From an uncultured Thiotrichales bacterium (GTDB lineage: Bacteria; Pseudomonadota; Gammaproteobacteria; UBA4575): a stretch of 64,000 nt of DNA. This document shows, in pieces, positions 30,050 to 44,315 of the stretch. The position numbers and the translations under genes are program-made. Under the pieces are notes generated by a model that saw nothing but the letters and a program-made list of their open reading frames with translations, ran no database searches and was not told the origin of the DNA. Position 1 is the first letter of the stretch, and the number at the start of each line of letters is the position of its first letter. Location: NCBI GenBank assembly GCA_964486815.1, contig CAZAOO010000011.1:14760-78759 (forward strand). Direction: 5' to 3'.

Positions 30050-30967
30050 ATGCAGCAAAATATAGATAAAGTTAAAAACTATTTGTTAGCCCTACAAGAC
30101 CGCAATTGCGAGTTGTTAGAAAAACAAGACAGTATTTCTAAATTTAAAGAAGATAACTGGGAACGTAAAGAAGGTGGCGGTGGACGAACACGCATTTTAC
30201 AAAATGGTGCAGTATTTGAACAAGCTGGCGTAGGTTTTTCGCATGTTTTTGGTGATCAACTCCCACCCGCGGCCACAACACAAAGATCCGATCTTGCGGG
30301 ACGTAGCTTTCAGGCTATGGGGGTGTCATTAGTCATTCACCCGAACAACCCGTTTGTACCCACTTCACATTGTAATGTGCGTTTTTTCATTGCTGAAAAA
30401 GAAAACGAAGCAGCAGTATGGTGGTTTGGCGGTGGTTTTGATTTAACTCCTTACTATGGATTTACAGAAGATGCGATCTTTTGGCATCAAACCGCCAAAC
30501 AAGCCTGCGATCAAGTAGATAGATCTTTGTACCCAAAATTTAAACAATGGTGTGATGACTATTTCTTCCTGAAGCATCGCAACGAAGCTCGCGGGGTAGG
30601 TGGATTATTTTTTGATGATTACAATGATGACGGGTTTGATAACAGTTTTACATTATTCAAAAGCATTGGTGACCATTTTCTCAAAGCTTATTTACCCATT
30701 GTCGATCGTCGAAAAAACCATCCTTTCAATGAGCAGCAAAAAAACTTCCAGCTGTATCGGCGCGGTCGTTATGTAGAATTTAATTTAGTCTATGACCGTG
30801 GCACCTTATTTGGCTTACAGTCGGGTGGACGAACCGAGTCTATTTTAATGTCATTACCGCCTCAAGTGCGTTGGCAATATAACTGGCAACCAGAACCGGG
30901 TAGTGATGAAGAAAAGCTATATAAAGACTTTTTACCTACCAGAGATTGGCTTCAGGATAATCGCTAA
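30050..30967 (+). CDS. hemF: oxygen-dependent coproporphyrinogen III oxidase
   Basis: 305 aa, GGGGRTRIL...FFDD...[10 protein letters not shown] motifs. Confidence 0.9.
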   Translation: MQQNIDKVKNYLLALQDRNCELLEKQDSISKFKEDNWERKEGGGGRTRILQNGAVFEQAGVGFSHVFGDQLPPAATTQRSDLAGRSFQAMGVSLVIHPNNPFVPTSHCNVRFFIAEKENEAAVWWFGGGFDLTPYYGFTEDAIFWHQTAKQACDQVDRSLYPKFKQWCDDYFFLKHRNEARGVGGLFFDDYNDDGFDNSFTLFKSIGDHFLKAYLPIVDRRKNHPFNEQQKNFQLYRRGRYVEFNLVYDRGTLFGLQSGGRTESILMSLPPQVRWQYNWQPEPGSDEEKLYKDFLPTRDWLQDNR

Positions 30968-31109
30968 ATCCGCAGCAAAACAAGACTAGAATTAGGCCGC
31001 TAAGCCTATTATTAAATCCGTTTACGCTTGGCTATTACATACTTTACCGCCATTAGTGTCTCAGCTTTGCTAAGATCCCAGCTAACATAAGCAGTCAGAT
31101 AATCTATAA

Positions 31110-32123
<1,014 letters not shown>

Positions 32124-32140
32124 GTTGGCAACATACATTT

Positions 32141-33052
32141 GTGTCCACATCAGAAACTAACTCTAAAATATATCCTTCCATAGGCCAGCATATAGGCCTA
32201 TCTATAGACCAGTATGCAGTGATCGGTAATCCTGTCGAGCACAGCAAATCCCCAGACATTCATCTTTTGTTTGCTGACCAAACCGGCGAACAGCTTAATT
32301 ATGAAAAAATACTTGCCGATGAAGGTAAGTTTTCAAAAGCCGTGACTGATTTTTTTGCCAATGGTGGCAAAGGGCTGAATGTGACCGTACCTTTTAAAAA
32401 AGATGCCTGTGAGTTTGTTGATGAGCTTAGTGACTATGCTAAACACGCTAAAGCGGTAAACACCATTTATAAAAATGACGATGGGAAATTTATTGGTGAC
32501 AACACAGACGGTATTGGTTTATTGCGTGATTTAAAAAAGACTCTACGAATATCTATAATCAATAAAAGAATATTAATCGTCGGTGCAGGCGGTGCCACAC
32601 AAGGTATTATTGAGCCTTTATTGAATGAACAACCCTCTGAGTTAATCATCGCTAACCGTACTGTAAGTAAAGCGGAAGTTATTGCCGAGCAGTTCAAGGA
32701 GTTTGCTCAAAATAAAAATGCCGTTAAGTGCTGTGCACTAAATAAAATTCCAAAACAGCCATTTGACTTGGTGTTGCATGCCACTTCTGCAGGCCTACAA
32801 GGTAACAACGTTGAGCTACCACCAGAAATAATTGGTCCAATTACCTGTTGTTATGATCTTTTATACAGCGACCAGGACACCCCGTTTATGGCCTGGGCAC
32901 GAAGTCATAATGCTGAAAAAGTTATAGATGGCTTCGGTATGTTATTGGAACAAGCCGCGGAAGCATTTTATTTATGGCGTGGTATACGCCCTGATACTGC
33001 TATGGCCTATCATTACTTTCGCCCAGACATAGCACCAAAACCAAGTTTATAA
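32141..33052 (+). CDS. aroE: shikimate dehydrogenase
   Basis: VIGNPVEHSKSP, NVTVPFK, and the GAGGA Rossmann motif. Confidence 0.85.
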   Translation: MSTSETNSKIYPSIGQHIGLSIDQYAVIGNPVEHSKSPDIHLLFADQTGEQLNYEKILADEGKFSKAVTDFFANGGKGLNVTVPFKKDACEFVDELSDYAKHAKAVNTIYKNDDGKFIGDNTDGIGLLRDLKKTLRISIINKRILIVGAGGATQGIIEPLLNEQPSELIIANRTVSKAEVIAEQFKEFAQNKNAVKCCALNKIPKQPFDLVLHATSAGLQGNNVELPPEIIGPITCCYDLLYSDQDTPFMAWARSHNAEKVIDGFGMLLEQAAEAFYLWRGIRPDTAMAYHYFRPDIAPKPSL

Positions 33053-33059
33053 ATTAACC

Positions 33060-33971
33060 GTGATTCAACATATTAAAAAGCCCCAAGGAAAATTCAGCAA
33101 GATCGATACTGATCGATTAGGCTTATATGCAAAACTCGTTCGTCTCGACAAACCGATCGGAATTTTATTATTACTCTGGCCCACACTTTGGGCCTTGTTT
33201 ATCGCAGCTGAAGGTATTCCAAATATAACCATTCTGATCGTCTTCATCCTTGGAGTAGTACTGACTCGTTCTGCGGGTTGTGCAATTAATGATTATGCGG
33301 ATCGAAATATTGATCGCTTTGTAGGTCGCACAAGAGGCCGTCCACTTGCCGCAGGTTTAATAGAACCTAAAGAAGCACTCATTGTTGCCGCAGTTCTAGG
33401 ACTCATCGCGTTCATAATGGCATTGGTGTTTCTTAACAAACTCACCATTTACTTTGCCATGGGTGCAGCTTTGTTAGCGGCAACGTATCCTTTTATGAAG
33501 CGTTTGCATTTTTTACCCCAAGTGCATCTCGGTATTGCCTTCGCCGTTTCCATACCCATGGCCTTCACCGCCGTTACTGATGCATACCCTACACCGGTTG
33601 CTTGGTTATTGTTCACTGCGGCAGTAATTTGGACTACTGCCTATGACACCTTGTATGCCATGGTTGATCGTGAAGATGATATTAAATTTGGTGTGAAATC
33701 CACAGCAATATTATTTGGCCCCATGGACAAAGCCGCGATTGGCATGATGCAGTTTTTAGTTTTACTGTGTTTAATATTAGTCGGCATCAACACCAACATG
33801 AGTTGGATTTATTATGTGGGGCTTGCAGCAGCCAGCTTGTCTTTTATTTACCAACAAGTACTTATTAAACACCGTTTTCCTAATCGTTGTTTTTATGCAT
33901 TTTTAAATAATAATTATTTTGGCATACTGGTGTTTATAGGGATATTTACTCACTACTGGTTAGACAAATGA
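33060..33971 (+). CDS. ubiA: 4-hydroxybenzoate polyprenyltransferase
   Basis: NDYADRNID, the UbiA Asp-rich motif; polytopic membrane protein. Confidence 0.9.
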   Translation: MIQHIKKPQGKFSKIDTDRLGLYAKLVRLDKPIGILLLLWPTLWALFIAAEGIPNITILIVFILGVVLTRSAGCAINDYADRNIDRFVGRTRGRPLAAGLIEPKEALIVAAVLGLIAFIMALVFLNKLTIYFAMGAALLAATYPFMKRLHFLPQVHLGIAFAVSIPMAFTAVTDAYPTPVAWLLFTAAVIWTTAYDTLYAMVDREDDIKFGVKSTAILFGPMDKAAIGMMQFLVLLCLILVGINTNMSWIYYVGLAAASLSFIYQQVLIKHRFPNRCFYAFLNNNYFGILVFIGIFTHYWLDK

Positions 33972-34259
33972 TCGCTTCGATGGGCAGATGGGTAAGAGGA
34001 GGACGCGAAAGAACGAGTCTTTTATACCTCCTAATATATTCGCGAAAAGACCTATAATTTATTTATCGCTGTACTGCATGACCACAATAATAATGAGTAA
34101 ATACAGTACGTTAATGCAATAGATGTGATCAATATCACATATTGATTAAATAGTGTTAACGCTTAGGTTGTTAGCGTCACTATTGATATATACAGGTAAA
34201 TAAATATCTGCCAGATTGTTGTCGTATTGAATTCAATAATCATTTCTAGGAGAAATGAA

Positions 34260-34792
34260 CATGAGAACATTAACCAAATCCGCGACCGCCCTGTTGGCGG
34301 TAGCGATGATCTTTATATCGACAAGTGCCCTGGCCATATCTATTTCAGGTACGATTGGTTTTGGTGGTGACTGGACTCGTACAGGTAATACGATTGATCT
34401 TGTCGATGGCAGCCTGATGTAGAAATAGTCAGTGGTGATCTGGCCTCGTTCATTAATGTTAATGACGTGACTAATTTCAATGATCTGACTTTCAACCCAT
34501 TTGTAGCCAGCCACAACCTATGGAATCTATGCGGATTTTCATTTGCCCTGCAAACCGTGAATACCGTGTTCGACAACGGTGGCCAATTCATTATTCTTCA
34601 AGGCACCGGTGTGCTGAGTGGCAATGGGTTTACGGATACCACCACCGATTGGGACCTATCCACCAATAATCTTACCTTCTCGACTTCGAATGTCACGCAG
34701 GATCCTGTGAACGTTCCTGAGCCAGCACCATTTTATTGCTTGGATTAGGCATGCTAGGCATGGTCGGTGCAAAGAAAGCACGACGTTCTTAA
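34260..34792 (+). pseudogene. PEP-CTERM sorting-signal protein gene disrupted by two frameshifts
   Basis: Three consecutive frames read: (1) an SD site plus signal peptide MRTLTKSATALLAVAMIFISTSALA...; (2) a body ending ...NVPEPAPFYCLD*; (3) an alternate frame giving ILLLGLGMLGMVGAKKARRS*. Joined, these make a canonical PEP motif, hydrophobic helix and Arg/Lys cluster. Confidence 0.55.
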
Positions 34793-34847
34793 CGATACGA
34801 TCATCAACTTGCTTGTCAGCAGACAAGTAGACTTGAAAGATTCAACA

Positions 34848-34877
34848 AGCCCCGCACTTCGGTACGGGCTTTTTTTA
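34848..34877 (+). terminator. rho-independent terminator after the PEP-CTERM locus
   Basis: A GC-rich hairpin (cccgcac-ttcg-gtacggg, imperfect) followed by ttttttt. Confidence 0.45.
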
Positions 34878-34997
34878 TGTACAACTATTATGTAATAAGC
34901 TAAGCGATAGGTTTGCAGTAATTAAAGATTACATTACCTGATTATCTATATGTATTACCGGCTATTGTAGCAAGACGGAAATCAATACCAAACAACA

Positions 34998-35762
34998 TCA
35001 AACAACCCGGGCTATACACCAAACCCCAACACTCCGCGCCCCAGCTTTCTTAAAACACTTCGCCACTTCATTGACTGTATTTCCTGTGGTCATCACATCA
35101 TCAATAATGCACACATATTTGTTTTTAAATATCTTTGAATTATTTTTTAACGAAAAAGCACCTTTCACATTTTTGTGACGTTGCTTTGCAGGCAACTCCA
35201 TTTGTGCACTGGTATCGCGATTACGATACACAGCATTGTAATCAAGTTCACTCTTATATTCTTCGACATATTCACCGACCAATCCACCGGCCAATCCTTT
35301 GCTTACGATGCGCGCAATTTCCAATGCCTGGTTGTAACCCCGCTGCTGCATGCGTTTTTTATGCAATGGCACAGGAATAATTAACTCAGGAACCTCTAAT
35401 TGCATGCCCTTAATATGTTGCAATAATAATTGTGCAAGTAACTTGCCTTGATTAAGTTTTTGGTTAAACTTGAATTGATAAATAGCATCACGAATAAAGC
35501 CATCAAACTGAAAGGGGGTTGAGGCATGATCAAAATGCAAATCACGATTTATGCATGCTCCACATACACTGGCATTGCTGTTTGCTAACGGTAATGCACA
35601 ACGAGAGCAGGTAAATTTCACCCAGGGTAATCTTTGTAAGCATCTTTCACATAAATCCATGCCGTTATGCCCAGCATCATTGCAATGCAGACAAACTTTC
35701 GGATAAATAATTGCACCTGCTTTTTTAACAGCAGAAGTAACTAACTGCAGCCTAGTAGTCAT
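34998..35762 (-). CDS. comF: ComF family protein (phosphoribosyltransferase domain)
   Basis: N-terminal CxxC...CxxC zinc finger (CLHCNDAG...CERC, CSRC...CGAC) and a C-terminal PRTase motif VCIIDDVMTTGNT. Confidence 0.75.
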   Translation of the reverse strand: MTTRLQLVTSAVKKAGAIIYPKVCLHCNDAGHNGMDLCERCLQRLPWVKFTCSRCALPLANSNASVCGACINRDLHFDHASTPFQFDGFIRDAIYQFKFNQKLNQGKLLAQLLLQHIKGMQLEVPELIIPVPLHKKRMQQRGYNQALEIARIVSKGLAGGLVGEYVEEYKSELDYNAVYRNRDTSAQMELPAKQRHKNVKGAFSLKNNSKIFKNKYVCIIDDVMTTGNTVNEVAKCFKKAGARSVGVWCIARVV

Positions 35763-35867
35763 ACTTAATAATCATACCTGAGAAGCCATGCTTTTATTGA
35801 CACCCCACTGCAAAAGATTAGACTTGTTCGACACCATTATCGTTAACCATTACGGCAAAGCAAATCT

Positions 35868-36929
35868 ATGCAATCTGGAACCCAAACTACTCGCAACGAC
35901 TGGGAAAAACACGAGGTCTTAGACCTGTATCAACTGCCATTTAACGATTTACTGTATTTAGCGCACCGTATTTTCCGTGAAAACCATGATCCCAATAAGA
36001 TACAAGTCAGCACCCTTCTCTCGGTAAAGACCGGCTCTTGCTCGGAAGACTGTTCCTACTGCCCACAAAGTGGCCACTACGATACAGAGATTGAGAAAGA
36101 ACGTTTACTGTCTCTTGATGAGGTCAAACGAAATGCAACAGCTGCCAGAGAAGCCGGGGCTTCAAGATTTTGCATGGGAGCCGCTTGGCGTAATCCTTCA
36201 GATAAAAACTTAGAGCAAGTTATTAAAATGATCGAGGTGGTTAAGGACCTGGGCCTTGAAACTTGTGTAACCGTTGGCATGCTGACCGAACCGCAAGCAC
36301 AGAAATTAAAAATTGCAGGACTGGATTATTACAATCACAACCTGGATACCTCTCCAGAATTTTATGGCAGTGTAATTACCACCCGTACTTACCAGAATCG
36401 CTTAGATACCTTAGAGCATGTTCGAAACTCCGGTATCAATGTTTGCAGTGGTGGCATTTTAGGTATGGGCGAATCTCGCGAAGATCGAGCGGGATTATTA
36501 TTGCAGCTTGCCAACCTGCCTCAACATCCCGAATCCGTACCGATCAATATGTTAATAAAAATCAAAGGTACGCCACTTGAGCACGTAGATGACCTTGACC
36601 CGTTTGAATTCATTCGCACCATTGCGATTGCGCGTATCTTAATGCCGAAAACCTATGTGCGTTTATCGGCAGGACGTGAAGAAATGAATGAACAGACACA
36701 AGCGTTATGCTTTTTCGCTGGAGCGAATTCGATATTTTATGGTGAAACTTTATTAACGGCTAAAAACCCTGAGACCGAGAAAGACCGAGCATTATTTAAC
36801 AAGCTTGGCATTGAAGCAGATAGTGTTAATAAGCCCGTTAATAAGCTTGTTAATTCTGCTCTTCATTCTGAGGTTGATGCCCAGAATGATAACAAGATTG
36901 ATGCGGACCAGGTTGCTGTCGTTAATTAA
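35868..36929 (+). CDS. bioB: biotin synthase, with an extra C-terminal tail of about 35 aa
   Basis: Radical-SAM CSEDCSYC motif and YNHNLDTS. Confidence 0.9.
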   Translation: MQSGTQTTRNDWEKHEVLDLYQLPFNDLLYLAHRIFRENHDPNKIQVSTLLSVKTGSCSEDCSYCPQSGHYDTEIEKERLLSLDEVKRNATAAREAGASRFCMGAAWRNPSDKNLEQVIKMIEVVKDLGLETCVTVGMLTEPQAQKLKIAGLDYYNHNLDTSPEFYGSVITTRTYQNRLDTLEHVRNSGINVCSGGILGMGESREDRAGLLLQLANLPQHPESVPINMLIKIKGTPLEHVDDLDPFEFIRTIAIARILMPKTYVRLSAGREEMNEQTQALCFFAGANSIFYGETLLTAKNPETEKDRALFNKLGIEADSVNKPVNKLVNSALHSEVDAQNDNKIDADQVAVVN

Positions 36930-36944
36930 GCTTATTACTTTGCT

Positions 36945-38087
36945 ATGAGTGATCTAGCAACCGCGCTAGATAAACTTCGACTCGATAATCTATATCGTAG
37001 TCGTAAAGTAACTTCCTCGGCCCAGCAAGTTGAACCGGTTATCAATGGACAAAAAGTTTTATCTTTTTGTAGTAACGATTATCTTGGTTTAGCCAATCAC
37101 CCAAAAGTAATTCAACGCTTGGTTAATGCTGCACAAGCAAGTGGGGTTGGTTCCGGTGCTTCACACCTCATCACGGGGCATCACGAAAGCCATGCGGCTT
37201 TAGAAGAGGAATTGGCTGAATTTATTGGTTGTGAACAAGCATTGTTATTTTCAACTGGCTATATGGCGAATTTGGGAGTCGTCAGTGCTTTAGCTACACG
37301 TAACAGCAGTATATTCGCAGACAAACTAAATCATGCTTCGCTGAATGATGCAGCGTTGTTATCTCGTGCAAAATTAATTCGCTATGCACATCAAGCAACC
37401 GATCAGTTAGAAAAAAATATTGCAACAGAAGAAAAAGCTAACAAATTCATTTGTACCGATGGTGTATTCAGTATGGACGGCACGATCACTCCGGTTAAAA
37501 AATTGCAGTCGATCGCTAAAACACATAACGCTACATTAATCATCGATGATGCGCATGGCATCGGCGTAGTTGGCAAACAAGGCAAGGGCTGTACTGAAGG
37601 TTTATTATCTAATGATGATATTTTAATTGGTACATTGGGTAAGGCATTTGGCACATTTGGCGCTTTCGTTGCTGGCAAACAAGAAACCATTGAATGGATT
37701 ATTCAAAAAGCACACAGCTATATTTATACCACTGCGCTACCGCCCGCCATCGCAGAAGCGACACGGGCTAGCCTTCAACTGATCAAAGAAGAAGCCTGGC
37801 GCAGAGAACATTTACAAACGTTGATTGAATATTTTCAAGAACGATGCAAACAAGTTGGTATAAAAGTTTCTGCATCAGAAACACCTATTCAACCCATCAT
37901 TTTGGGATCATCAGAAACTGCATTAGAGATTAGTAAGAATCTTTTAGCTACCGGAATACTCGTACCGGCTATTCGCCCACCAACCGTTCCTAATAACAGC
38001 GCAAGATTGAGAATTAGCTTTTCTGCAGAGCATACAAAAGAGCAGGTTGAACAACTTATAATTGCTCTTGAACAATTAGTTATATAA
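36945..38087 (+). CDS. bioF: 8-amino-7-oxononanoate synthase
   Basis: 380 aa class-II aminotransferase with PLP Lys in TLGKAFG; follows bioB. Confidence 0.85.
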   Translation: MSDLATALDKLRLDNLYRSRKVTSSAQQVEPVINGQKVLSFCSNDYLGLANHPKVIQRLVNAAQASGVGSGASHLITGHHESHAALEEELAEFIGCEQALLFSTGYMANLGVVSALATRNSSIFADKLNHASLNDAALLSRAKLIRYAHQATDQLEKNIATEEKANKFICTDGVFSMDGTITPVKKLQSIAKTHNATLIIDDAHGIGVVGKQGKGCTEGLLSNDDILIGTLGKAFGTFGAFVAGKQETIEWIIQKAHSYIYTTALPPAIAEATRASLQLIKEEAWRREHLQTLIEYFQERCKQVGIKVSASETPIQPIILGSSETALEISKNLLATGILVPAIRPPTVPNNSARLRISFSAEHTKEQVEQLIIALEQLVI

Positions 38088-38203
38088 TTATTTCCGTAAT
38101 AATCAACAAGATATAAAGCCAATAAGTTAGCTTGCTTTTTCAAGTATTGCTGCATACAGTTCTGCTCTCTCTTAAAACTATAAAAACCTCAGGAGGAATT
38201 AGC

Positions 38204-38584
38204 ATGGGAATGGTAAGTGAATTTAAAGAATTCGTCACCAAAGGCAATATGATGGATATGGCCACGGGTATCATTATTGGTGCCGCAGTAACGGCAGTAG
38301 TAGGTTCAATGGTTGATGATCTAATTATGCCAATTATTGGCTTATTAACCGGTGGAGTTGACTTTAGTCATCTTAGTGTCGTGCTAGGAGAAGGCGAAAA
38401 TGCAGCAAAATTTGGTTATGGTGCATTCATACAAGCATTGATTAACTTCCTAATCATCTCTTTTGTGATCTTTATGATTATAAAGGCAGTAAACAGTATG
38501 AAGAAAAAAGAAGAAGAAAAGCCAGCAGCCCCATCTGAAGACGTTGTTTTGTTACGCGAAATTCGTGACAGCTTAAAAAAGTAA
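38204..38584 (+). CDS. mscL: large-conductance mechanosensitive channel (start at the internal Met with an AGGAGGA RBS)
   Basis: [29 protein letters not shown]. Confidence 0.85.
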   Translation: MGMVSEFKEFVTKGNMMDMATGIIIGAAVTAVVGSMVDDLIMPIIGLLTGGVDFSHLSVVLGEGENAAKFGYGAFIQALINFLIISFVIFMIIKAVNSMKKKEEEKPAAPSEDVVLLREIRDSLKK

Positions 38585-38634
38585 GTAAGTGAAAATAAGA
38601 ATATTCAAATAAATTTCTTATTTTAAAAGATCAA

Positions 38635-38670
38635 AAAGCCTGGGTAATTAACTTTAGCCAGGCTTTTTTA
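38635..38670. terminator. bidirectional rho-independent terminator between mscL and radC
   Basis: aaaaagcctgg...ccaggcttttttta hairpin flanked by an A-run and a T-run. Confidence 0.55.
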
Positions 38671-38693
38671 TTTCTAATCTATTTCTGAGTGTT

Positions 38694-39365
38694 TTACAAA
38701 TGGCCCAATGTAGCTAGAGAAGTTACATCATTGCCTATGATTAAATGATCTAAGACTTTGATGTCCACCAAAGACAAAGCATCACGTAAGGTATGGGTAA
38801 TATTAATATCAGACTGACTTGGCTTTGAGTCGCCGGATGGGTGGTTATGGGCAAGGATAATGGCATTGGCATTATGTCTCAAGGCTTGCTTCAGGACTTC
38901 TCTTGGATGTACTTCCGCACTATTCAGACTACCTTTAAAAAGTTCTTCAAATTTAATCACACGGTTTTTGGTATCTAAAAACAAACAGGAAAATACTTCT
39001 TTTTTATAGTCTCGCATACGCATCAGCAAAAATTGTTTTGCATCTTCGGGGTTAGTTAGAGGCCCTTCACGTTCTAAAGATTCACGTAAAAATCTTCGTG
39101 ACATTTCTAAACATGCTTGTAACTGGGTAAATTTAGCAACGCCCAAGCCTTTAGCCTGACAAAATGTTTCCAGGTCGGCGCACAGCAACTGACGCAAACT
39201 CCCAAAACTAGTCAATAGCTCGCGTGCTAAATCCAAAGCAGATTTTCCTTTTACACCGGTGCGTAAAAATATTGCCAGTAACTCCGCATCTGAAAGTGCA
39301 TTTGCACCTTGATCTAACAAACGCTCGCGTGGTCTTTCCCCCTCAGGCCAATCGGTTATCGCCAT
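38694..39365 (-). CDS. radC: RadC-family JAB-domain protein (UPF0758)
   Basis: HNHPSG JAMM motif with an N-terminal HhH; divergent from coaBC, as in enterobacteria. Confidence 0.85.
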   Translation of the reverse strand: MAITDWPEGERPRERLLDQGANALSDAELLAIFLRTGVKGKSALDLARELLTSFGSLRQLLCADLETFCQAKGLGVAKFTQLQACLEMSRRFLRESLEREGPLTNPEDAKQFLLMRMRDYKKEVFSCLFLDTKNRVIKFEELFKGSLNSAEVHPREVLKQALRHNANAIILAHNHPSGDSKPSQSDINITHTLRDALSLVDIKVLDHLIIGNDVTSLATLGHL

Positions 39366-39502
39366 ATATACCCCTTAATATTATCTTTTCTCATAAGTCT
39401 TTGATAATTATGGAATGAATAATGACCAAAGGCTTATAAGGCTTGGTTAGCTGTGTATAGAATTAAAGCATTTTCTTATACATATTTGGTAAACTTAACA
39501 CT

Positions 39503-40762
39503 ATGTCTTTAGCCAATAAAAATATCTTGCTCGGTGTGAGTGGTGGAATTGCTGCATATAAAAGTGCCGAGCTAGTGCGTGAACTTGTGCGCGCCAAAGC
39601 GCAAGTGCGCGTCATCATGACGCGCTCTGCTAAAGAATTTATCACCCCGTTAACGTTTCAAGCATTATCAGGAAACCCTGTATTAAGCGATGAATTTGAA
39701 TATGCTGAAGCGGCTAATGGCATGGATCATATCGCATTAGCTCGCTGGGCTGATGTAATGCTTATTGCACCTGCAAGTGCAAACACTCTGGCTAAATTAA
39801 CCCATGGTGGTGCAGATGATTTGCTCAGTACCACCTGTTTAGCCACCAAAGCTACCATTGCACTTGCACCAGCTATGAATCAGGCGATGTGGGCCAATAG
39901 TGCAACTCAAGACAACGTTGAACTATTGAGTCAACGAGGCTTTGTATTTTTTGGACCGGCTGCCGGCTCACAAGCTTGTGGTGATGTCGGTGAAGGACGA
40001 ATGTTTGAACCACATCAGTTAGTACTTTCATTAAGTAATTTATTCAATACCGGTGAACTCACCGGTATCAACATAATGGTAACCGCTGGCCCCACTCGGG
40101 AACCTATTGATCCTGTACGTTATATCAGTAATCGCAGTTCGGGACGCATGGGTTACGCCATAGCCGAAGCGGCTCATGACGCCGGTGCTAATGTACAACT
40201 TATTACCGGGCCGGTTTCAATAGCGGTGCCTGAAGGTATTGAAAGCATTTCTGTTTTAACTGCACAGGAAATGTTTGCAGCGGTACAAGCTGATATTGAA
40301 GATAAACAAATTTTTATAAGCTGTGCTGCTGTTGCAGATTATCGACCGGTAGCTAAGCAACCTGAAAAAATCAAAAAACTTCACGATGGCTTATCTGTAA
40401 AAATGGTACGTAATCCAGATATTATTGCTGAAGTGGCTAAATATCATAACAGGCCTTTTGTTGTGGGTTTTGCTGCTGAAACACGTGATCTTGAAAGATA
40501 TGCCAAGCAAAAATTAGAACGCAAGCGCCTGGATATGATTGCTGGTAATGATGTTTCTGATACAAGTATTGGTTTCGACAGCACTGAAAATGCATTAGAG
40601 ATATTTTGGGCAGGTGGACATTGCTCACTAGAGCGTGATACAAAAACAAAAATAGCGCGACGACTCATCGGTCTAATCGCAGAACGTTATGCAAGCACAG
40701 ATAAGAGAAGCAATGTCACAATACTCAAAAACGCAAAAGACAGAGGTCAGAATACTCGATAG
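39503..40762 (+). CDS. coaBC: bifunctional phosphopantothenoylcysteine decarboxylase / phosphopantothenate-cysteine ligase
   Basis: [13 protein letters not shown] flavoprotein N-terminus; 419 aa. Confidence 0.9.
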   Translation: MSLANKNILLGVSGGIAAYKSAELVRELVRAKAQVRVIMTRSAKEFITPLTFQALSGNPVLSDEFEYAEAANGMDHIALARWADVMLIAPASANTLAKLTHGGADDLLSTTCLATKATIALAPAMNQAMWANSATQDNVELLSQRGFVFFGPAAGSQACGDVGEGRMFEPHQLVLSLSNLFNTGELTGINIMVTAGPTREPIDPVRYISNRSSGRMGYAIAEAAHDAGANVQLITGPVSIAVPEGIESISVLTAQEMFAAVQADIEDKQIFISCAAVADYRPVAKQPEKIKKLHDGLSVKMVRNPDIIAEVAKYHNRPFVVGFAAETRDLERYAKQKLERKRLDMIAGNDVSDTSIGFDSTENALEIFWAGGHCSLERDTKTKIARRLIGLIAERYASTDKRSNVTILKNAKDRGQNTR

Positions 40763-41186
40763 CCGAATTGGCAAAGAAATCCCTTTACCCGCTTATGCTA
40801 CCATTGGCTCGGCTGGTATGGATTTACGCGCTTGTATGGATGCATCGATTTCTTTATCACCTGGTGAAACAGTATTAATTCCAACTGGCATCTCTATCTA
40901 CATACAAAATCCAGGTCTCGCTGCAACCATTTTACCGCGTTCAGGCTTAGGCCATAAGCATGGCATTGTATTAGGAAATCTAGTCGGACTGATTGATTCG
41001 GATTACCAAGGGCCATTAATGGTCTCTTTGTGGAATCGTGGCCATCAGCCTTATGATATCAATGTAGGTGATCGCATTGCACAGCTGGTTATCATTCCCA
41101 TAGTACAAACAAAATTCGAGATTGTTGAAGAGTTCACGGCTACAGATCGTGGTGAAGGTGGTTTTGGCCACACTGGCAACGCATAA
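40713..41186 (+). CDS. dut: dUTP diphosphatase
   Basis: [47 protein letters not shown]. Confidence 0.9.
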   Translation: MSQYSKTQKTEVRILDSRIGKEIPLPAYATIGSAGMDLRACMDASISLSPGETVLIPTGISIYIQNPGLAATILPRSGLGHKHGIVLGNLVGLIDSDYQGPLMVSLWNRGHQPYDINVGDRIAQLVIIPIVQTKFEIVEEFTATDRGEGGFGHTGNA

Positions 41187-41266
41187 AGTTTGCTAATTTA
41201 TAATTTTTCTAACGTATTTGGTCTTAACTTTACCTGGCGATACCAAACTAACTATATACTTTATAT

Positions 41267-42637
41267 ATGAATATCGATCCTCATATTTTTCGTGCTTACG
41301 ATATACGTGGTGTCGTAGAAACGGCATTAAAACCTGAAGTAGTAGCACTGATTGGGCAAGCTCTCGGCTCCTTGTATCCTAATAGCAACACCGTTGTAGT
41401 AGCCAGAGACGGTAGAAACTCCAGCAAACAATTAGTGGATAAGCTAAGTCAGGGTTTGCAAGCTGGTGGCTCCAAGGTTATAGATATTGGTGAGGTGCCA
41501 ACACCGGTGTTGTATTACGCCACGCACAAACTTGGCACAGGTGCTGGAGTGATGGTGACGGGTAGCCACAACCCGCCTGAATATAATGGCCTGAAAATGG
41601 TCATGGATGGGAAAACCCTACATGGTGAAGACATACAGGCTATTCATCAATGCATCATTAAGAATGAACTCAAAACAGATGCGGGTAGTTTTAAAACAGA
41701 AGACCTTCTAGATACCTACATTTCAAGAATATGCTCAGACATAAAACTGGCTCGCTCACTGCGTATTGGTATTGATTGTGGTAACGGTGTTGCGGGTCCC
41801 GCTGCGCTTACATTATTTAAAAAACTGGGTTGCGAAATTTTTGATTTATATTGCAACGTAGATGGGAATTTCCCTAACCACCACCCTAACCCTAGTGATG
41901 CAAAGAATTTACAAGACTTAATTTCATGTGTGGAAAAAAATAATTTAGATTTAGGTCTTGCCTTTGATGGTGATGGTGATCGTGTTGGGGTAATAGATAA
42001 CAAAGGTGGGATCTTGTGGGCAGATCGTCAGATGATGCTTTACGCACGCGACGTGCTTTCCAGAAAGCCGGGGTCGAAGATAATTTTTGATGTTAAGTCA
42101 TCTAGGAATCTGGCCACAGTGATTGAAGAAGCGGGTGGTGAAGCCATTATGTGGAAGACAGGTCATTCTTTTATCAAAAATAAAATGGCAGAAACTGGAG
42201 CGGAATTGGCGGGAGAAATGAGTGGCCACATCTTTTTCAAAGAACGTTGGTACGGCTTTGATGATGCACTATATAGTGCAGCCCGTTTACTTGAAATTGT
42301 AGCGAAACAAAATTTATCTTCTAGTGAATTATTCGCAACCTTACCAAATTCTCTCAGTACGCCAGAAATTAATCTGCGCTTTGATGAAGATGGTGCGCAA
42401 CACGACTTTATGCAAAAATTTGCCAGTACTGTTGATTTGCCAAATGCAAAGATTACTACCATAGACGGGATACGCGCTGATTATGAAAATGGTTGGGGCC
42501 TTGTGCGTGCTTCCAATACAACACCTTCATTGGTAATTCGATTTGAAGCAGATAATGAAAGTGTAATTGAGATGATCAAGAATGACTTTCGTCAACAGAT
42601 GACTAAAACTGACGCAAGTATCAAATTACCATTTTAA
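41267..42637 (+). CDS. algC: phosphomannomutase/phosphoglucomutase
   Basis: TGSHNPPEYNGLK active-site Ser loop and GDGDR metal loop; dut-algC-argB order as in Pseudomonas. Confidence 0.85.
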   Translation: MNIDPHIFRAYDIRGVVETALKPEVVALIGQALGSLYPNSNTVVVARDGRNSSKQLVDKLSQGLQAGGSKVIDIGEVPTPVLYYATHKLGTGAGVMVTGSHNPPEYNGLKMVMDGKTLHGEDIQAIHQCIIKNELKTDAGSFKTEDLLDTYISRICSDIKLARSLRIGIDCGNGVAGPAALTLFKKLGCEIFDLYCNVDGNFPNHHPNPSDAKNLQDLISCVEKNNLDLGLAFDGDGDRVGVIDNKGGILWADRQMMLYARDVLSRKPGSKIIFDVKSSRNLATVIEEAGGEAIMWKTGHSFIKNKMAETGAELAGEMSGHIFFKERWYGFDDALYSAARLLEIVAKQNLSSSELFATLPNSLSTPEINLRFDEDGAQHDFMQKFASTVDLPNAKITTIDGIRADYENGWGLVRASNTTPSLVIRFEADNESVIEMIKNDFRQQMTKTDASIKLPF

Positions 42638-42653
42638 ATACTTTTGCCAGTAA

Positions 42654-44192
<1,539 letters not shown>

Positions 44193-44315
44193 CTAGAATT
44201 TCAATAGCAATTTTACTACCATATTCCAGCAAGTTAGAGTCAAATTGGTTAATTTAATCGTGAAACTTTGCTCGCTCGTCATGTCAAGAATCAGCTAAAA
44301 CAATAACCATTTTAA

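Noticed and set aside
33972-34260. aGAGGAGG...CCTCCT hairpin and tcaatat-cac-atattga dyad after ubiA, considered as a terminator or operator
   Set aside because: The stems are short, the first has a 26-nt loop, and there is no T-run. They are noted only as a possible regulator site for the PEP-CTERM gene and are too weak to call.
34233-34591. Minus-strand ORFs 34233-34514 and 34340-34591
   Set aside because: They are antisense to the three-frame PEP-CTERM reading, which has a coherent SD site, signal peptide, body and sorting signal. No independent support.
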